DNA of 58,048 nucleotides, taken from positions 1-58,048 of the forward strand of contig JAXGNU010000010.1 in NCBI GenBank assembly GCA_040767805.1, written 5' to 3'. The DNA comes from Thermovirgaceae bacterium (lineage in GTDB: Bacteria > Synergistota > Synergistia > Synergistales > Thermovirgaceae). The translations under genes and the position numbers were made by a program. The notes beneath the pieces were generated by a model. The model was not told the origin of the DNA and did no database searches. It was given only the letters and a program-made list of their open reading frames with translations. Positions 39,983 to 49,498 of this stretch are shown piece by piece; position 1 is the first letter of the stretch; each line of letters starts with the position of its first letter.

Positions 39983-41900
39983 GGTCTCCATCGTGCTCGG
40001 TACCGCCGGCCATATCGATCACGGAAAGACCACCCTGGTACGGGCGCTCAGCGGGGTCGACTGCGACAGGTTGAGGGACGAGAAACGGCGCGGGATCACC
40101 ATCGAACTGGGGTTCGCCCCCCTCACCCTTCCGAGCGGCAAAACCATAAGTATTGTCGATGTCCCCGGTCATGAGAAGTTCATAAGGCAGATGGTCGCCG
40201 GCGCAGCCGGGGTTGACGGCATCATCCTGGTCGTGGCCTCCGACGAGGGAGTGAGGCCCCAGACAAGGGAACACCTAGAGATCCTCGGGTTAATTGGGGT
40301 CGAGCACGGGCTGATAGTCTTAACGAAGGCCGACCTCGTGGAAGAAGAATTCCTGGAACTGGCCATAGAGGAAGTGAAGGAAGAGGTCAGGGGGACCTTC
40401 CTCGAGGGGGCTGAAGTGATACCCGTCTCATCGGTGACGGGGTTCAACCTGGACGCCCTCCTCGAATCACTCGAAAGGCTTGTGGCGGGGATATCCCCAA
40501 GGGGTTCCGAAGGCCCCTTTTTCATGCCCATTGACAGGGCTTTTCCCGTGAAGGGTTTCGGCGCCGTCGTCACCGGTACCGCTTACCGGGGTAGGGTAAG
40601 GAAGGACGATGTACTGTCGGTCCTGCCCCGGGGGATCAAAACGGATATTCGTTCGGTCCAAGTCCATGACAACCCGGTGGATGAGGCTCGAAGCGGCCAG
40701 AGAGTCGCCTTGAGCCTTGGCGGGGTTTCGCTTTCGGACCTGGAAAGGGGCGACGTCCTATGTACCCCTGGAATATTCGTCCCTTCAGGCAGGCTTGACG
40801 TCGATCTCAAGATACTGGCTTCCTCTCCGGATCCTCTGCGCCACTGGCAGAGAGTGCGGATCCATCTCGGGACTACCGATACGGTCGGCCGGATCGCCCT
40901 GCTTGGTGGAGATAGGATCGAACCCGGCGAGAGGGCCTTCGCCCAGATCGTTACCGAAACACCGGTTGTGGCCGTCAGGGGGGAACCCTTCATCATCCGC
41001 TTTTACAGCCCCTTGACCACGATCGGCGGCGGGAAGGTACTGATGCCCATCGCCAGAAGGCCGAAGGGACCACGGGGTCGAAAGGGTCACCAAGAACTGC
41101 TGGATAAGGTCTCCAGGGCGGAAGACCCCGGCGAGCTCCTCCTGGCGGTCACTTTGGACCAACCGGTGGTCACCGTCGACGAGGCTTCTATCCTGATGCA
41201 GGAACAAACAGGGGTTATCGTCTCCCTGGCCGGTGAGCTGGACAGGTCCGGACGGTTGCTCCTGGTTGACTCGGGGGAAGGGTTGATAGTCAATGGCGAT
41301 ATGGCAAGGAAAAAACTGGGGCAGGCCCTGTCGTTTTTGAAAGAGTACCACGAAGAAGAGCCGGACAGTCCGGGAGTGCCGTCGGATACCCTCTTCAGAA
41401 GGTTTCTCCCTGGAATGGAACTCCGCCACGCGAAGAAGGTATTAGATCGATGGGCACGAGAAGGGGAGATCGAAGTCGAGGACCAGAGAGTCAGGCTTCC
41501 CGGTTTTTCCCCCGGTGACGCGGCTAGGAGAGGAGCCGCCGGGGCCGCCATACTGGATCTCTGTTCGGCAAGGTCCTTACAATTGCCGGAGACAGCCGAT
41601 ATCTTGGAAGGCACGGGGCTCGGTCAGGACGAGATGGGGAAAGCCCTGGAAGCACTGAGGGCCCAGGGGCAGATCTTCATCGCGGGCAGCGGGTTCATCG
41701 TATCCAGGGAAGTTCTGGAGGGTCTCATCGGGATTCTTGTAAGTATCAAGGACGATATAACCGTTGCTTCCGTCAGGGATGCTACCGGGAGCAGCCGGAA
41801 GTATATCCTCCCCCTACTCGAGATGCTCGACTCGATGGGAGTGACCAGGAGAGTCCAGGATAAACGTATCCTCAAGAAAAGCAGGCTTGGCCAGGATTAG
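39966..41900 (+). CDS. selB: Selenocysteine-specific elongation factor
   Basis: [11 protein letters not shown] and DVPGHEKF motifs; C-terminal [10 protein letters not shown] winged helix. Confidence 0.96.
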   Translation: MMEKTEVSIVLGTAGHIDHGKTTLVRALSGVDCDRLRDEKRRGITIELGFAPLTLPSGKTISIVDVPGHEKFIRQMVAGAAGVDGIILVVASDEGVRPQTREHLEILGLIGVEHGLIVLTKADLVEEEFLELAIEEVKEEVRGTFLEGAEVIPVSSVTGFNLDALLESLERLVAGISPRGSEGPFFMPIDRAFPVKGFGAVVTGTAYRGRVRKDDVLSVLPRGIKTDIRSVQVHDNPVDEARSGQRVALSLGGVSLSDLERGDVLCTPGIFVPSGRLDVDLKILASSPDPLRHWQRVRIHLGTTDTVGRIALLGGDRIEPGERAFAQIVTETPVVAVRGEPFIIRFYSPLTTIGGGKVLMPIARRPKGPRGRKGHQELLDKVSRAEDPGELLLAVTLDQPVVTVDEASILMQEQTGVIVSLAGELDRSGRLLLVDSGEGLIVNGDMARKKLGQALSFLKEYHEEEPDSPGVPSDTLFRRFLPGMELRHAKKVLDRWAREGEIEVEDQRVRLPGFSPGDAARRGAAGAAILDLCSARSLQLPETADILEGTGLGQDEMGKALEALRAQGQIFIAGSGFIVSREVLEGLIGILVSIKDDITVASVRDATGSSRKYILPLLEMLDSMGVTRRVQDKRILKKSRLGQD

Positions 41901-42383
41901 CGCTTTCTAAAGAAAAAAACACATCCTCAAACCTAGGGGCATAGGTTCAAAAAGGCGGACAAGGCCACCGCAATCGTGGAAAAGCCCGATACTAAGAGGG
42001 TTGGCACAGGGGTTCCAATAACCGGCGATCATCCGCACGCCGGCGAACCGACATTCTCCGAGTCCTTGGGCGGAACCTGGAATTCAAGACAAGGGCTTCC
42101 TAGGAGCATTTCATGAGGCCTTAAGCACACAGGGAAGATCGGCTCTCATCGCCCTGCCGGTTACCGGTGGGTGCGCGGTCGGCCAAAGGCCCGTCGTCCC
42201 TCACCCTATAGGTAGCCATGCTTTGCCCTGGTCTTCAAGCCTATGAAACCTCGACTAAGGGCTCGAAGGTGCTCCCGATAGCTGGACCAAACCGGCACGG
42301 GTCAAAGTTGTGATAATAATGGAAACAGTGCCTGGAAAAATGAAATGATATTTTATTTCTATTTAATTTTCCTTCCTGCCACA

Positions 42384-42412
42384 TTGAAAGATGTGAACAT
42401 TTGTGGTAAAAT
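42384..42412 (+). promoter_or_regulatory. Strong sigma70-type promoter for veg
   Basis: TTGAAA, 17-bp spacer, TG-n-TAAAAT; AT-rich UP-like tract upstream. Confidence 0.65.
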
Positions 42413-42444
42413 CTTGGGAAACCAACAACAGGAGTGAACCTGAG

Positions 42445-42696
42445 ATGAGTCCTAATCTAGCCACGATCAGGGACCGGGTGAACGAGTTCAAGGGCTCCAG
42501 GGTGCGGTACAAGGCTTTAAAAGGCAGAAGAAAGATGGAAGAGCGCATGGCCGTGATCGTCGAGACTTACCCGCACCTTTTCACGCTGTACGTCGAGTCC
42601 CAGAGAAGCACCGTATCCTTCAGTTACGCTGAACTGCTCACCCGCGAGGTCGAAATGGAGATCCTTCCCGGGAACAAGAAACTGATACCTTACTGA
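42445..42696 (+). CDS. veg: Veg family protein
   Basis: GRRK, ETYPHLF and SFSYAELLT motifs; veg-ispE-purR synteny. Confidence 0.88.
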   Translation: MSPNLATIRDRVNEFKGSRVRYKALKGRRKMEERMAVIVETYPHLFTLYVESQRSTVSFSYAELLTREVEMEILPGNKKLIPY

Positions 42697-42715
42697 TCAT
42701 GCCCCTTCGCACTAT

Positions 42716-42748
42716 CCCCCCGGTGCTCGACGCACCGGGGTTTCTTTT
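42716..42748 (+). terminator. Intrinsic terminator after veg
   Basis: CCCCGGTGC/GCACCGGGG hairpin followed by TTTCTTTT. Confidence 0.75.
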
Positions 42749-42763
42749 TAAGAGGTGTCCATC

Positions 42764-43633
42764 ATGACCCAAGAGATCGACTCCCCCGGAAAATTAAACC
42801 TTACCCTGAGGATAACCGGTACCAGGAGCGACGGCATGCACGATATCGCCTCTTCATTCATGAGGCTGCCCGCCCTGGAGAAGTTGACACTTGGGATTCG
42901 CACTGAGGATAATGGCCGAAAAGATCTCTTAAGGGTCCACGGCCAGAGGGTCGAAGGCAGGAACATTCTCCAGGCGGTCCTGGAAGCCGCCAGGAAGAAG
43001 GACCCTCAGATCCCGCCCATCATGGTTGACATCTGGAAGAAGGTTCCCCCAGGGAGCGGGCTTGGTGCGGGAAGCGGTAACGCCGCCGCGCTGGCTTCAT
43101 GGCTTTCAAGGGAGATGGGTATCGAGTTTACAGTCGAAGAACTGCTTGAGATAGGTTCCGACGTCCCCTTCCTTTTTCACGGCAGCGACCTCTCCTTCAT
43201 GGCCGGTGCCGGGGAAAAGCCCCTCCGAAGGATCACCGGTGTCGCCGGTCTTTTTAAGACGGTTGTTGCCGTTCCCGGGTGGTCTTGTTCTACGCCGGTC
43301 ATGTACAGGAGGGCCGATGGGTTCTATCGAAAAGAAGGATGGAAATACAGCGAGGGAGAAGCCTACGAAGAGGCCCTGGTTATTCTCGGGTCTTTGGAAA
43401 AGAGACAGACCGTCGGTCTTCTCCCCAATGACTTTGTTCCACTGCTTTTAGCGTCGCACCCCGGATACCGGCTACTCTTCGAAGCCGCGGAAAACGGCGG
43501 CGCGCTGGCCTGGGGGATAAGCGGAAGCGGGAGCTCTTTTTTTTGCCTTTTCAACAGCGAAAACGTCGATGTCCCCCCCTTGGGCCTGTTTGAAGAAGCC
43601 GGCTTCGTGCGGAAAATCCTTCTCTTGGGGTGA
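42764..43633 (+). CDS. ispE: 4-diphosphocytidyl-2-C-methyl-D-erythritol kinase
   Basis: PGKLNLTL, PPGSGLGAGSGNAA, GSDVPF and SGSGS motifs. Confidence 0.88.
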   Translation: MTQEIDSPGKLNLTLRITGTRSDGMHDIASSFMRLPALEKLTLGIRTEDNGRKDLLRVHGQRVEGRNILQAVLEAARKKDPQIPPIMVDIWKKVPPGSGLGAGSGNAAALASWLSREMGIEFTVEELLEIGSDVPFLFHGSDLSFMAGAGEKPLRRITGVAGLFKTVVAVPGWSCSTPVMYRRADGFYRKEGWKYSEGEAYEEALVILGSLEKRQTVGLLPNDFVPLLLASHPGYRLLFEAAENGGALAWGISGSGSSFFCLFNSENVDVPPLGLFEEAGFVRKILLLG

Positions 43634-43640
43634 TGGCCTT

Positions 43641-44438
43641 ATGAAAAGAACCAGGACGGAGAGGTTGATCAGGATCGCCTCGCGCTTTTTGGCCTTCCCC
43701 TCGAGGCAGATCTCCCTGACTGAGATGTCGGAACAGTTCAAAGTGTCCAAGACCATCATAAGCGAAGACATGGCCATCATTGACAAAGCCTTCCGCGAAG
43801 AGGGCGTCGGAATCTTGAAGATAGGAAGAGGCAGGAGCGGTGGGGCAGCGATGAGACCAGGCTTTTCAGAAAATGACCGCTCATCCTTTCTCGAGAAAGT
43901 TGCCGCTGTGCTTTCATCCAATGACAGGATCCTCCCCGGCATGCTCATCCATTACTCGGACATACTTTTTAACCCCTCTTACGCTCGGCCCCTGGGTTAC
44001 GCCTTGGCTTCGGATTTCGCCGACAAAGAACCCGATGTGGTCATGACCTCCGAGGTCAAGGGGATACCCCTGGCGATCTTTACCGCCCATGCCCTGGGGG
44101 TGCCCATGGCCGTCTGCCGCTTCCGCAACAGGCCGGGCGACGGGCCGGCCGTGGCTGTTCACTACCCCTCTGGCAGCGGCGAGGTGAGGACCATGTTCAT
44201 GGGGACGAGGTTCCTCACTTCGGGGAAGAGGGCCCTCATCATCGACGATTTCATGAGAGGCGGCAGCACCGCCGCCGGCATGCTTCTCGTCGCCAAGGAA
44301 TTCGGGGCCGAGGTGATAGGGATAGGGATTTTCATCACCGCGTCGGAACCGGAAAAAAAAGCCGTTTCAGAATACCGTTCCCTGCTGAGGCTCGAGAGGG
44401 GGCCCGATGGAACGCCCGTAGTGAAGGTACGGCGATGA
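43641..44438 (+). CDS. purR: Bacillus-type pur operon repressor
   Basis: N-terminal wHTH (SKTIISED, GRSGGA); PRT domain IIDDFMRGGST. Confidence 0.9.
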   Translation: MKRTRTERLIRIASRFLAFPSRQISLTEMSEQFKVSKTIISEDMAIIDKAFREEGVGILKIGRGRSGGAAMRPGFSENDRSSFLEKVAAVLSSNDRILPGMLIHYSDILFNPSYARPLGYALASDFADKEPDVVMTSEVKGIPLAIFTAHALGVPMAVCRFRNRPGDGPAVAVHYPSGSGEVRTMFMGTRFLTSGKRALIIDDFMRGGSTAAGMLLVAKEFGAEVIGIGIFITASEPEKKAVSEYRSLLRLERGPDGTPVVKVRR

Positions 44439-44475
44439 CGGCCGTGTTCCGATCTGACCGCTTCCGCCCAACTGT

Positions 44476-44504
44476 TTGACGTGGGCTTCCAAGTGGGATA
44501 GAAT
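44476..44504 (+). promoter_or_regulatory. Sigma70-type promoter for the ferredoxin gene
   Basis: TTGACG, 17-bp spacer, TAGAAT. Confidence 0.65.
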
Positions 44505-44533
44505 CACCCAATGGGAGGAGGTGGCTCGTCTCC

Positions 44534-44716
44534 ATGAAGGTGAAGATCATTACTGAAGAGTGTATCGGTTGCGGTGTTTGCGCGCAGATATGCCCCGAAG
44601 TTTTTGAACTTGACGAGGACGCCGGAAAGGCCAGGGTGATCCGTCCCGAAGGATCGGAATGCGCCCATGAAGCCGCCGACAGCTGCCCCGTGAGTTGCAT
44701 CATCGTCGAAGAATAA
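44534..44716 (+). CDS. Monocluster [4Fe-4S] ferredoxin
   Basis: CIGCGVC...CPEVF and CPVSCI motifs; 60 aa; GGAGGAGG RBS. Confidence 0.95.
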   Translation: MKVKIITEECIGCGVCAQICPEVFELDEDAGKARVIRPEGSECAHEAADSCPVSCIIVEE

Positions 44717-44772
44717 GAGACGACCTATCGGCGATATAACGGATCCTCCCGTCTTGCGATTTTCCCAAGAAT

Positions 44773-44849
44773 GGGCCCATAGCTCAACTGGTCAGAGCCA
44801 CCGGCTCATAACCGGAAGGTTCCTGGTTCGAGTCCAGGTGGGCCCACCA
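44773..44849 (+). tRNA. tRNA with CAT anticodon, probably tRNA-Ile2 (lysidine)
   Basis: Cloverleaf: GGGCCCA/TGGGCCC acceptor, CTCATAA anticodon loop, GGTTCGAGTCC T-arm, encoded CCA. Confidence 0.93.
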
Positions 44850-44863
44850 CGCTAAACGATGAT

Positions 44864-44891
44864 AAAGCCACCACAGGTGGCTTTATTTTTT
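44864..44891 (+). terminator. Intrinsic terminator after the tRNA
   Basis: AAAGCCACC/GGTGGCTTT hairpin followed by a T-run. Confidence 0.8.
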
Positions 44892-44896
44892 AGGCG

Positions 44897-45703
44897 GTGA
44901 GCACGGTGCTACGGGTCAGGGACATCATCGAGGGGATCGATACCTTCGCCCCCTTTTCCTCATGCTGCGATTGGGATAACTCAGGCTTGCAGGTGGGGTG
45001 CCTCGATTGGGAGGTTACCCGCCTGGCGGTATCGCTTGACCTGACCGACAGGGCCATCGACGAATCCTTGGAAAAGGGTTGTTCCTGCATCATCACCCAC
45101 CACCCAGTTATTTTTGAACCCCTTAGGAATATCGAGACCGGGACGCCATTGGGGAGAAAGATCCTGGCATGCCTTGAAAGGCGTCTTTCAGTGATCTCGG
45201 TTCACACGAACTGGGACATATGCGTCGGTGGAGTCAACTGGACCCTGGCTGAACTGATCGGCCTGGAGCGGATATCCTCGCTGGATGGAAGCGACGGCAG
45301 GGACGGCAGGGACGGCTGGATGGGTGTTCACGGCGCTTTTACGACCCCGGAAAAGGGTGCCTCCCTCCCCGGTGTACTCCGGGAAAAGTGGGGCCTATCT
45401 TGGACAAGGGATTACCGGGTACCCGACACCGTGTCCTATCTCGCCCTTGCGGGTGGGGCAGGCGGGGACCTTTGGCCGGGAGCGAAGGAGAGGGGCTCGG
45501 AAGTGTTCATCACCGCCGATATGAAGTACCATCAGGTCATGGAAGCCGTGGAAAGCGGTCTTGGGGTGATCGTCGCTGACCATGGAGAAATGGAGAGGAT
45601 CACCCTTCCCGCCCTGGGGTCCCTCCTGTCTGAAACCCTCCCCCTGGAAGTCCTCGAGGTCGATGCCCAGGGCTTCGAGGCGGGGAATATCGCGGCGGGA
45701 TGA
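44897..45703 (+). CDS. Nif3-like dinuclear metal centre protein
   Basis: WDNSGLQVG, ITHHP, HTNWD and ITADMKYH motifs. Confidence 0.9.
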   Translation: MSTVLRVRDIIEGIDTFAPFSSCCDWDNSGLQVGCLDWEVTRLAVSLDLTDRAIDESLEKGCSCIITHHPVIFEPLRNIETGTPLGRKILACLERRLSVISVHTNWDICVGGVNWTLAELIGLERISSLDGSDGRDGRDGWMGVHGAFTTPEKGASLPGVLREKWGLSWTRDYRVPDTVSYLALAGGAGGDLWPGAKERGSEVFITADMKYHQVMEAVESGLGVIVADHGEMERITLPALGSLLSETLPLEVLEVDAQGFEAGNIAAG

Positions 45704-45740
45704 CCGTTTTTCGCCAAATCTTCAAACGGGGTGAGCATTG

Positions 45741-46733
45741 ATGAAAAAACGCGTTTTCAGCGGCATGAGGCCGACTGGGAGGCTCCACCTCGGGCACCTT
45801 GCGGGGGCCCTGTCCAACTGGATCACGTTCCAGGACGAGTATGATTGCTTTTACTGCATCGTGGACTGGCATGCCATGATGTCGGACTACTCCGACACGC
45901 GCTTCATGAAAGACAATTGCCGCGAAGTGCTTCTTGACTGGCTTGGTGTGGGCCTTGACCCCGACCGGAGCACCCTTTTCCTGCAGTCCCATGTGCCCCA
46001 TCACGCTGAACTCCATCTGGCCCTTTCCATGATAACGCCCCTTGGCTGGCTCGAAAGGTGCCCCACCTACAAGGACCAGATCCTCAATATCCAGAACAAG
46101 GATCTCAGCACCTACGCTTTCCTCGGTTACCCCGTGCTGATGGCCGGGGATATAATGCTCTACAAAGCCGAACTGGTACCTGTAGGGGAGGACCAATCGG
46201 CCCACCTTGAACTAACCAGGGAGGTCGTCCGACGGTTCAACCACTTCTTTGGGGAGGTATTCCAGGAACCCCAGACCATTCTCACGAAGACCCCCAAGAT
46301 TCCCGGCACCGACGGACGAAAGATGAGCAAGTCCTATGGGAATGCTATAAACATTGCCGATCAACCAGAGGAGATCTGGGAAAAGTTGAGGACCATGGTC
46401 ACCGATACCGCCAGGGAAAGGCGAACTGACCCGGGTGATCCGGACAAGTGCCCCGTCTGGGACCTCCACAAGGCCTTCAACCACGATATGGAGGAGAGAG
46501 CCTACATCGACAGGGGATGCCGTACTGCCGGGATCGGCTGCATCGAATGTAAAAAAGCCCTTTACTCGCACCTGATGGCCCTCCTGGAGCCGATCCAGTC
46601 AAGGCGCAGGGCCTTTGAGACCAATGAGGGGGATCTGCTTGAGGTCTTGAGGAAGGGGGCCAAGAAAGCCGAGAAGGTAGCGCAAGTGACCATAGGGGAA
46701 GTAATACAGGCTGTGGGCTTTATCAATCGATAA
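45741..46733 (+). CDS. trpS: Tryptophan--tRNA ligase
   Basis: SGMRPTGRLHLGH, YPVLMAGDI, VPVGEDQ and KMSKS motifs. Confidence 0.96.
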   Translation: MKKRVFSGMRPTGRLHLGHLAGALSNWITFQDEYDCFYCIVDWHAMMSDYSDTRFMKDNCREVLLDWLGVGLDPDRSTLFLQSHVPHHAELHLALSMITPLGWLERCPTYKDQILNIQNKDLSTYAFLGYPVLMAGDIMLYKAELVPVGEDQSAHLELTREVVRRFNHFFGEVFQEPQTILTKTPKIPGTDGRKMSKSYGNAINIADQPEEIWEKLRTMVTDTARERRTDPGDPDKCPVWDLHKAFNHDMEERAYIDRGCRTAGIGCIECKKALYSHLMALLEPIQSRRRAFETNEGDLLEVLRKGAKKAEKVAQVTIGEVIQAVGFINR

Positions 46734-46761
46734 AGGACGAACTCACCGGGATGGAGCCTGA

Positions 46762-47496
46762 ATGGGACTCGATGTAGAACTGGAGGGTTTTTCCGGGCCG
46801 CTCGATGTGCTCTGCCATCTTGTGGAGTCAGGAGGCATAAGTGTCGCCGGGATAAGCGTCACCCAGTTGATCAGGGTATACTCCGATTTTTTGATGAAGA
46901 ACGAAAGGGCGACTATCAACGAGATGGCCGCCTTTTTCTCCCTTATCGCCCGGCTTTTGCTTGGTAAACTCAAGGCTCTTCTGCCTCCTTCCCCCGGGGA
47001 GGAGCAATCCGAGGTTGATGGTGGATCCGAGGCCGAGTTGGTAGAAAGCGTCCTGGAAAGGTACAGGCCTTACCGGGCGGCGGCGGCCGCCCTGACAGGA
47101 ATGATGCAAGCCCGGGGGCGCAGTTTCACCAGGGGTGGTTCTGAGGAAGGCCCTCCCTGGTTCGACCTGGGCGACCTCTACTCGCTTTCCATGGTGTGGT
47201 GGGAGATGGTTCGCCGTAGGCGGGAAGGCGCCGGTACTTCGCCCGCGGTTCTCGAAGAGGATTGGGACGGCATTCCAACAGTGACCCCGGAGGAGGAGCA
47301 GGTTGAAAAAAGGATGGGGGAGATCGATAAACTGCTTTCGAGCAAAGGGAGCCTTCAGATGAGCGAGGTCTTCGGCCCCATCTTTTCAAGGCAGGCTTTC
47401 GTGGTGACCTTCCTGGCGCTCCTGGAAATGGCCAGGCTGGGAAGGGTCCACCTGGTCCAGGAGGTTCTTTTCGGTGATGTCCGGTTATCGCGGTGA
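46762..47496 (+). CDS. scpA: Segregation and condensation protein A
   Basis: FSGPLDVL N-terminus; C-terminal VVTFLALLEM. Confidence 0.9.
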   Translation: MGLDVELEGFSGPLDVLCHLVESGGISVAGISVTQLIRVYSDFLMKNERATINEMAAFFSLIARLLLGKLKALLPPSPGEEQSEVDGGSEAELVESVLERYRPYRAAAAALTGMMQARGRSFTRGGSEEGPPWFDLGDLYSLSMVWWEMVRRRREGAGTSPAVLEEDWDGIPTVTPEEEQVEKRMGEIDKLLSSKGSLQMSEVFGPIFSRQAFVVTFLALLEMARLGRVHLVQEVLFGDVRLSR

Positions 47497-48064
47497 GAAC
47501 CCCCTTTCCCCTATAGCGAGGTCTGTCGAGGCCGTCCTTTTCGTCGCCGTACAGCCCGTGGGTGTAAAGGAACTGGCTTCAGTCACGGGATCGACGGAGG
47601 AGATCGTGGCCGGGGCTCTCGAGGAGATTAAGGAAAGGTATCGTAACTGCCATGGACTCCGCCTTTTGAATATAGCCGGTGGGTGGTCGATGGCCACTTC
47701 CCCTGAACAGGAGGAGGTGGTCGCGCTGTTCCGTGACGTGGCGCTCTCCCAGAGGGTGCGGTTGAGCAAGGCAGCCCTCGAAACCCTCGCCGTCGTCGCC
47801 TACTCGCAGCCTGCAACGCGGTCGGAGATCGAAGAGATCAGGGGGGTCAGGTCCGAAAGGGTACTCGATACACTTCTCAGGCATGGCCTGATAAAGGTGG
47901 CGGGGAGGAGGAGAGGTTCTGGAACGCCGCTTCTTTACCGAACCACCGATTCATTTCTCTCCCTCTTCGGGCTCAACTCGATCTCGGACCTTCCCACCCT
48001 CGAGGAAATGCAGGATATTCTACCCGATGGTGAAGTACCCGACGAAGAGGGAAGGGATACATGA
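47477..48064 (+). CDS. scpB: Segregation and condensation protein B
   Basis: LSKAALETLAVVAYSQPATRSEIEEIRGV motif. Confidence 0.94.
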   Translation: MSGYRGENPLSPIARSVEAVLFVAVQPVGVKELASVTGSTEEIVAGALEEIKERYRNCHGLRLLNIAGGWSMATSPEQEEVVALFRDVALSQRVRLSKAALETLAVVAYSQPATRSEIEEIRGVRSERVLDTLLRHGLIKVAGRRRGSGTPLLYRTTDSFLSLFGLNSISDLPTLEEMQDILPDGEVPDEEGRDT

Positions 48065-48792
48065 CCGAGAAGCAACGGATAAACAGATTTTTGGCTTCCT
48101 GCGCCGTATGCTCAAGGAGGAAAGCGGACCTGCTGGTACGGGAGGGGCGGGTCACGGTGAACGGGGAGACCTGTACCGACCCCTCCCGGGTCATCGACCC
48201 CAACAGGGATTCTGTCACTGTTGACGGGAAAAAACTCACCCTCCAGGAGAAATTGTACCTCGCCCTGAATAAACCGAAGGGGTACGTCTGTTCCGTATCG
48301 GACCGGTTCAGCCGGACAGTCATGGAATTACTGCCTTCAGACTACCGCGCGAAGGGCCTTTTCCCGATCGGCAGGCTGGATAAGGAGAGCGAAGGCCTTT
48401 TGCTTCTGACCAACGACGGCGCCTTGGCCCAGAGGATCCTCCATCCCAGACAGAACGTCCCCAAAACTTACGAAATCCTGCTGGACAAGGCCGTATCCGA
48501 TGAAACTCTCGATTCCCTTTCGAGGGGGACCGAGATCGCAGGCAGGCTGGTGACGCCGGAGAAGGTCGCGCTCATGGGAAAACTCCCCAAAGGGCGCTGG
48601 GTATCTATCATCCTTTCGGAGGGTTTGAAGAGGGAGATAAGGATCATGGCATCCACCAGGGGCTTCGGGGTGGAAAGGCTTATTCGGACCAGGATCGGAC
48701 AACTCGGATTGAAGCGGCTCAAACCGGGGGAGGTTGTCACCCTGGAGGGGGAAATGCTCCTGGACATGGTCCTTCACGGCGGTGCCGTGTAG
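48061..48792 (+). CDS. rluB: rRNA pseudouridine synthase (RluB/RsuA family)
   Basis: S4 domain; LNKPKG and GRLDKESEGLLLLTNDG motifs. Confidence 0.88.
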   Translation: MTEKQRINRFLASCAVCSRRKADLLVREGRVTVNGETCTDPSRVIDPNRDSVTVDGKKLTLQEKLYLALNKPKGYVCSVSDRFSRTVMELLPSDYRAKGLFPIGRLDKESEGLLLLTNDGALAQRILHPRQNVPKTYEILLDKAVSDETLDSLSRGTEIAGRLVTPEKVALMGKLPKGRWVSIILSEGLKREIRIMASTRGFGVERLIRTRIGQLGLKRLKPGEVVTLEGEMLLDMVLHGGAV

Positions 48793-48810
48793 GGTAGGGA
48801 GGGGTTAACG

Positions 48811-49491
48811 ATGAGAACCAACTGCCATTATGGCAGTAACGTCATCACCCTTGACGGTCCCGCCGGTGCCGGGAAGAGCACCGTGGCGAGGCTTCTGGCT
48901 GATAAGCTGGGTTGCGAATACCTGGACACTGGGGCCTTATATCGGGGGGTGACCTATTTTCTCTTGACCAGGTCCATTGAAACCACCGAGGAAGAAAAGA
49001 TCTCCGTGGCTTTGAAGGAATGCACCGTCTCCCTCGAGGGAGGGAAGGTGTTCATCGACAGTCGGGATGTCACGGCGAAGATCCGCTCCCCGGAAGTGGA
49101 TCGGACCGTTTCCGCCTACTCCTCGCTCCCTGCTGTAAGGGATTTCCTGTTGGAGACCCAGAGGAGGGCCGCCAAGGGCAGGAAGGTCGTCGCCGAGGGA
49201 AGGGACATGGGGAGCGTAGTCTTTCCCGAAGCCTCCTTCAAGTTTTTCCTGGATGCCAGTATCGATGTCAGGGCCGCCAGGAGGTGGAAAGAACTGAAGG
49301 CGAGGGGTGAGGAGATGACCCTTGAGGAGGTAAAAATGCAGCTTTCCAGGCGGGACCAGCTGGACAGCGAGAGGGAGCTCTCCCCCTTGAAAGTCCCTGA
49401 AGAAGCCTTAGTCATCGATACTTCGGAAAAAACGGTCGACGAAGTCATAGGCGAGATCCTCGCTATAATGGGAGGCAGGAGGGGCTGTTGA
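48811..49491 (+). CDS. cmk: Cytidylate kinase
   Basis: DGPAGAGKST, DTGALYR and EGRDMGSVVFP motifs. Confidence 0.95.
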   Translation: MRTNCHYGSNVITLDGPAGAGKSTVARLLADKLGCEYLDTGALYRGVTYFLLTRSIETTEEEKISVALKECTVSLEGGKVFIDSRDVTAKIRSPEVDRTVSAYSSLPAVRDFLLETQRRAAKGRKVVAEGRDMGSVVFPEASFKFFLDASIDVRAARRWKELKARGEEMTLEEVKMQLSRRDQLDSERELSPLKVPEEALVIDTSEKTVDEVIGEILAIMGGRRGC

Positions 49492-49498
49492 ACTTAGA

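Noticed and set aside
42133..42245. Possible tRNA-Sec (GGAAGATCG start and CTTCAAG loop) downstream of selB
   Set aside because: No acceptor-stem complement, no T-arm GTTCRA and no anticodon stem; a cloverleaf cannot be built.
45293..45316. GACGGCAGG tandem repeat in the Nif3-like gene
   Set aside because: An in-frame 9-bp repeat in a variable loop (DGR units) with no sign of phase variation.
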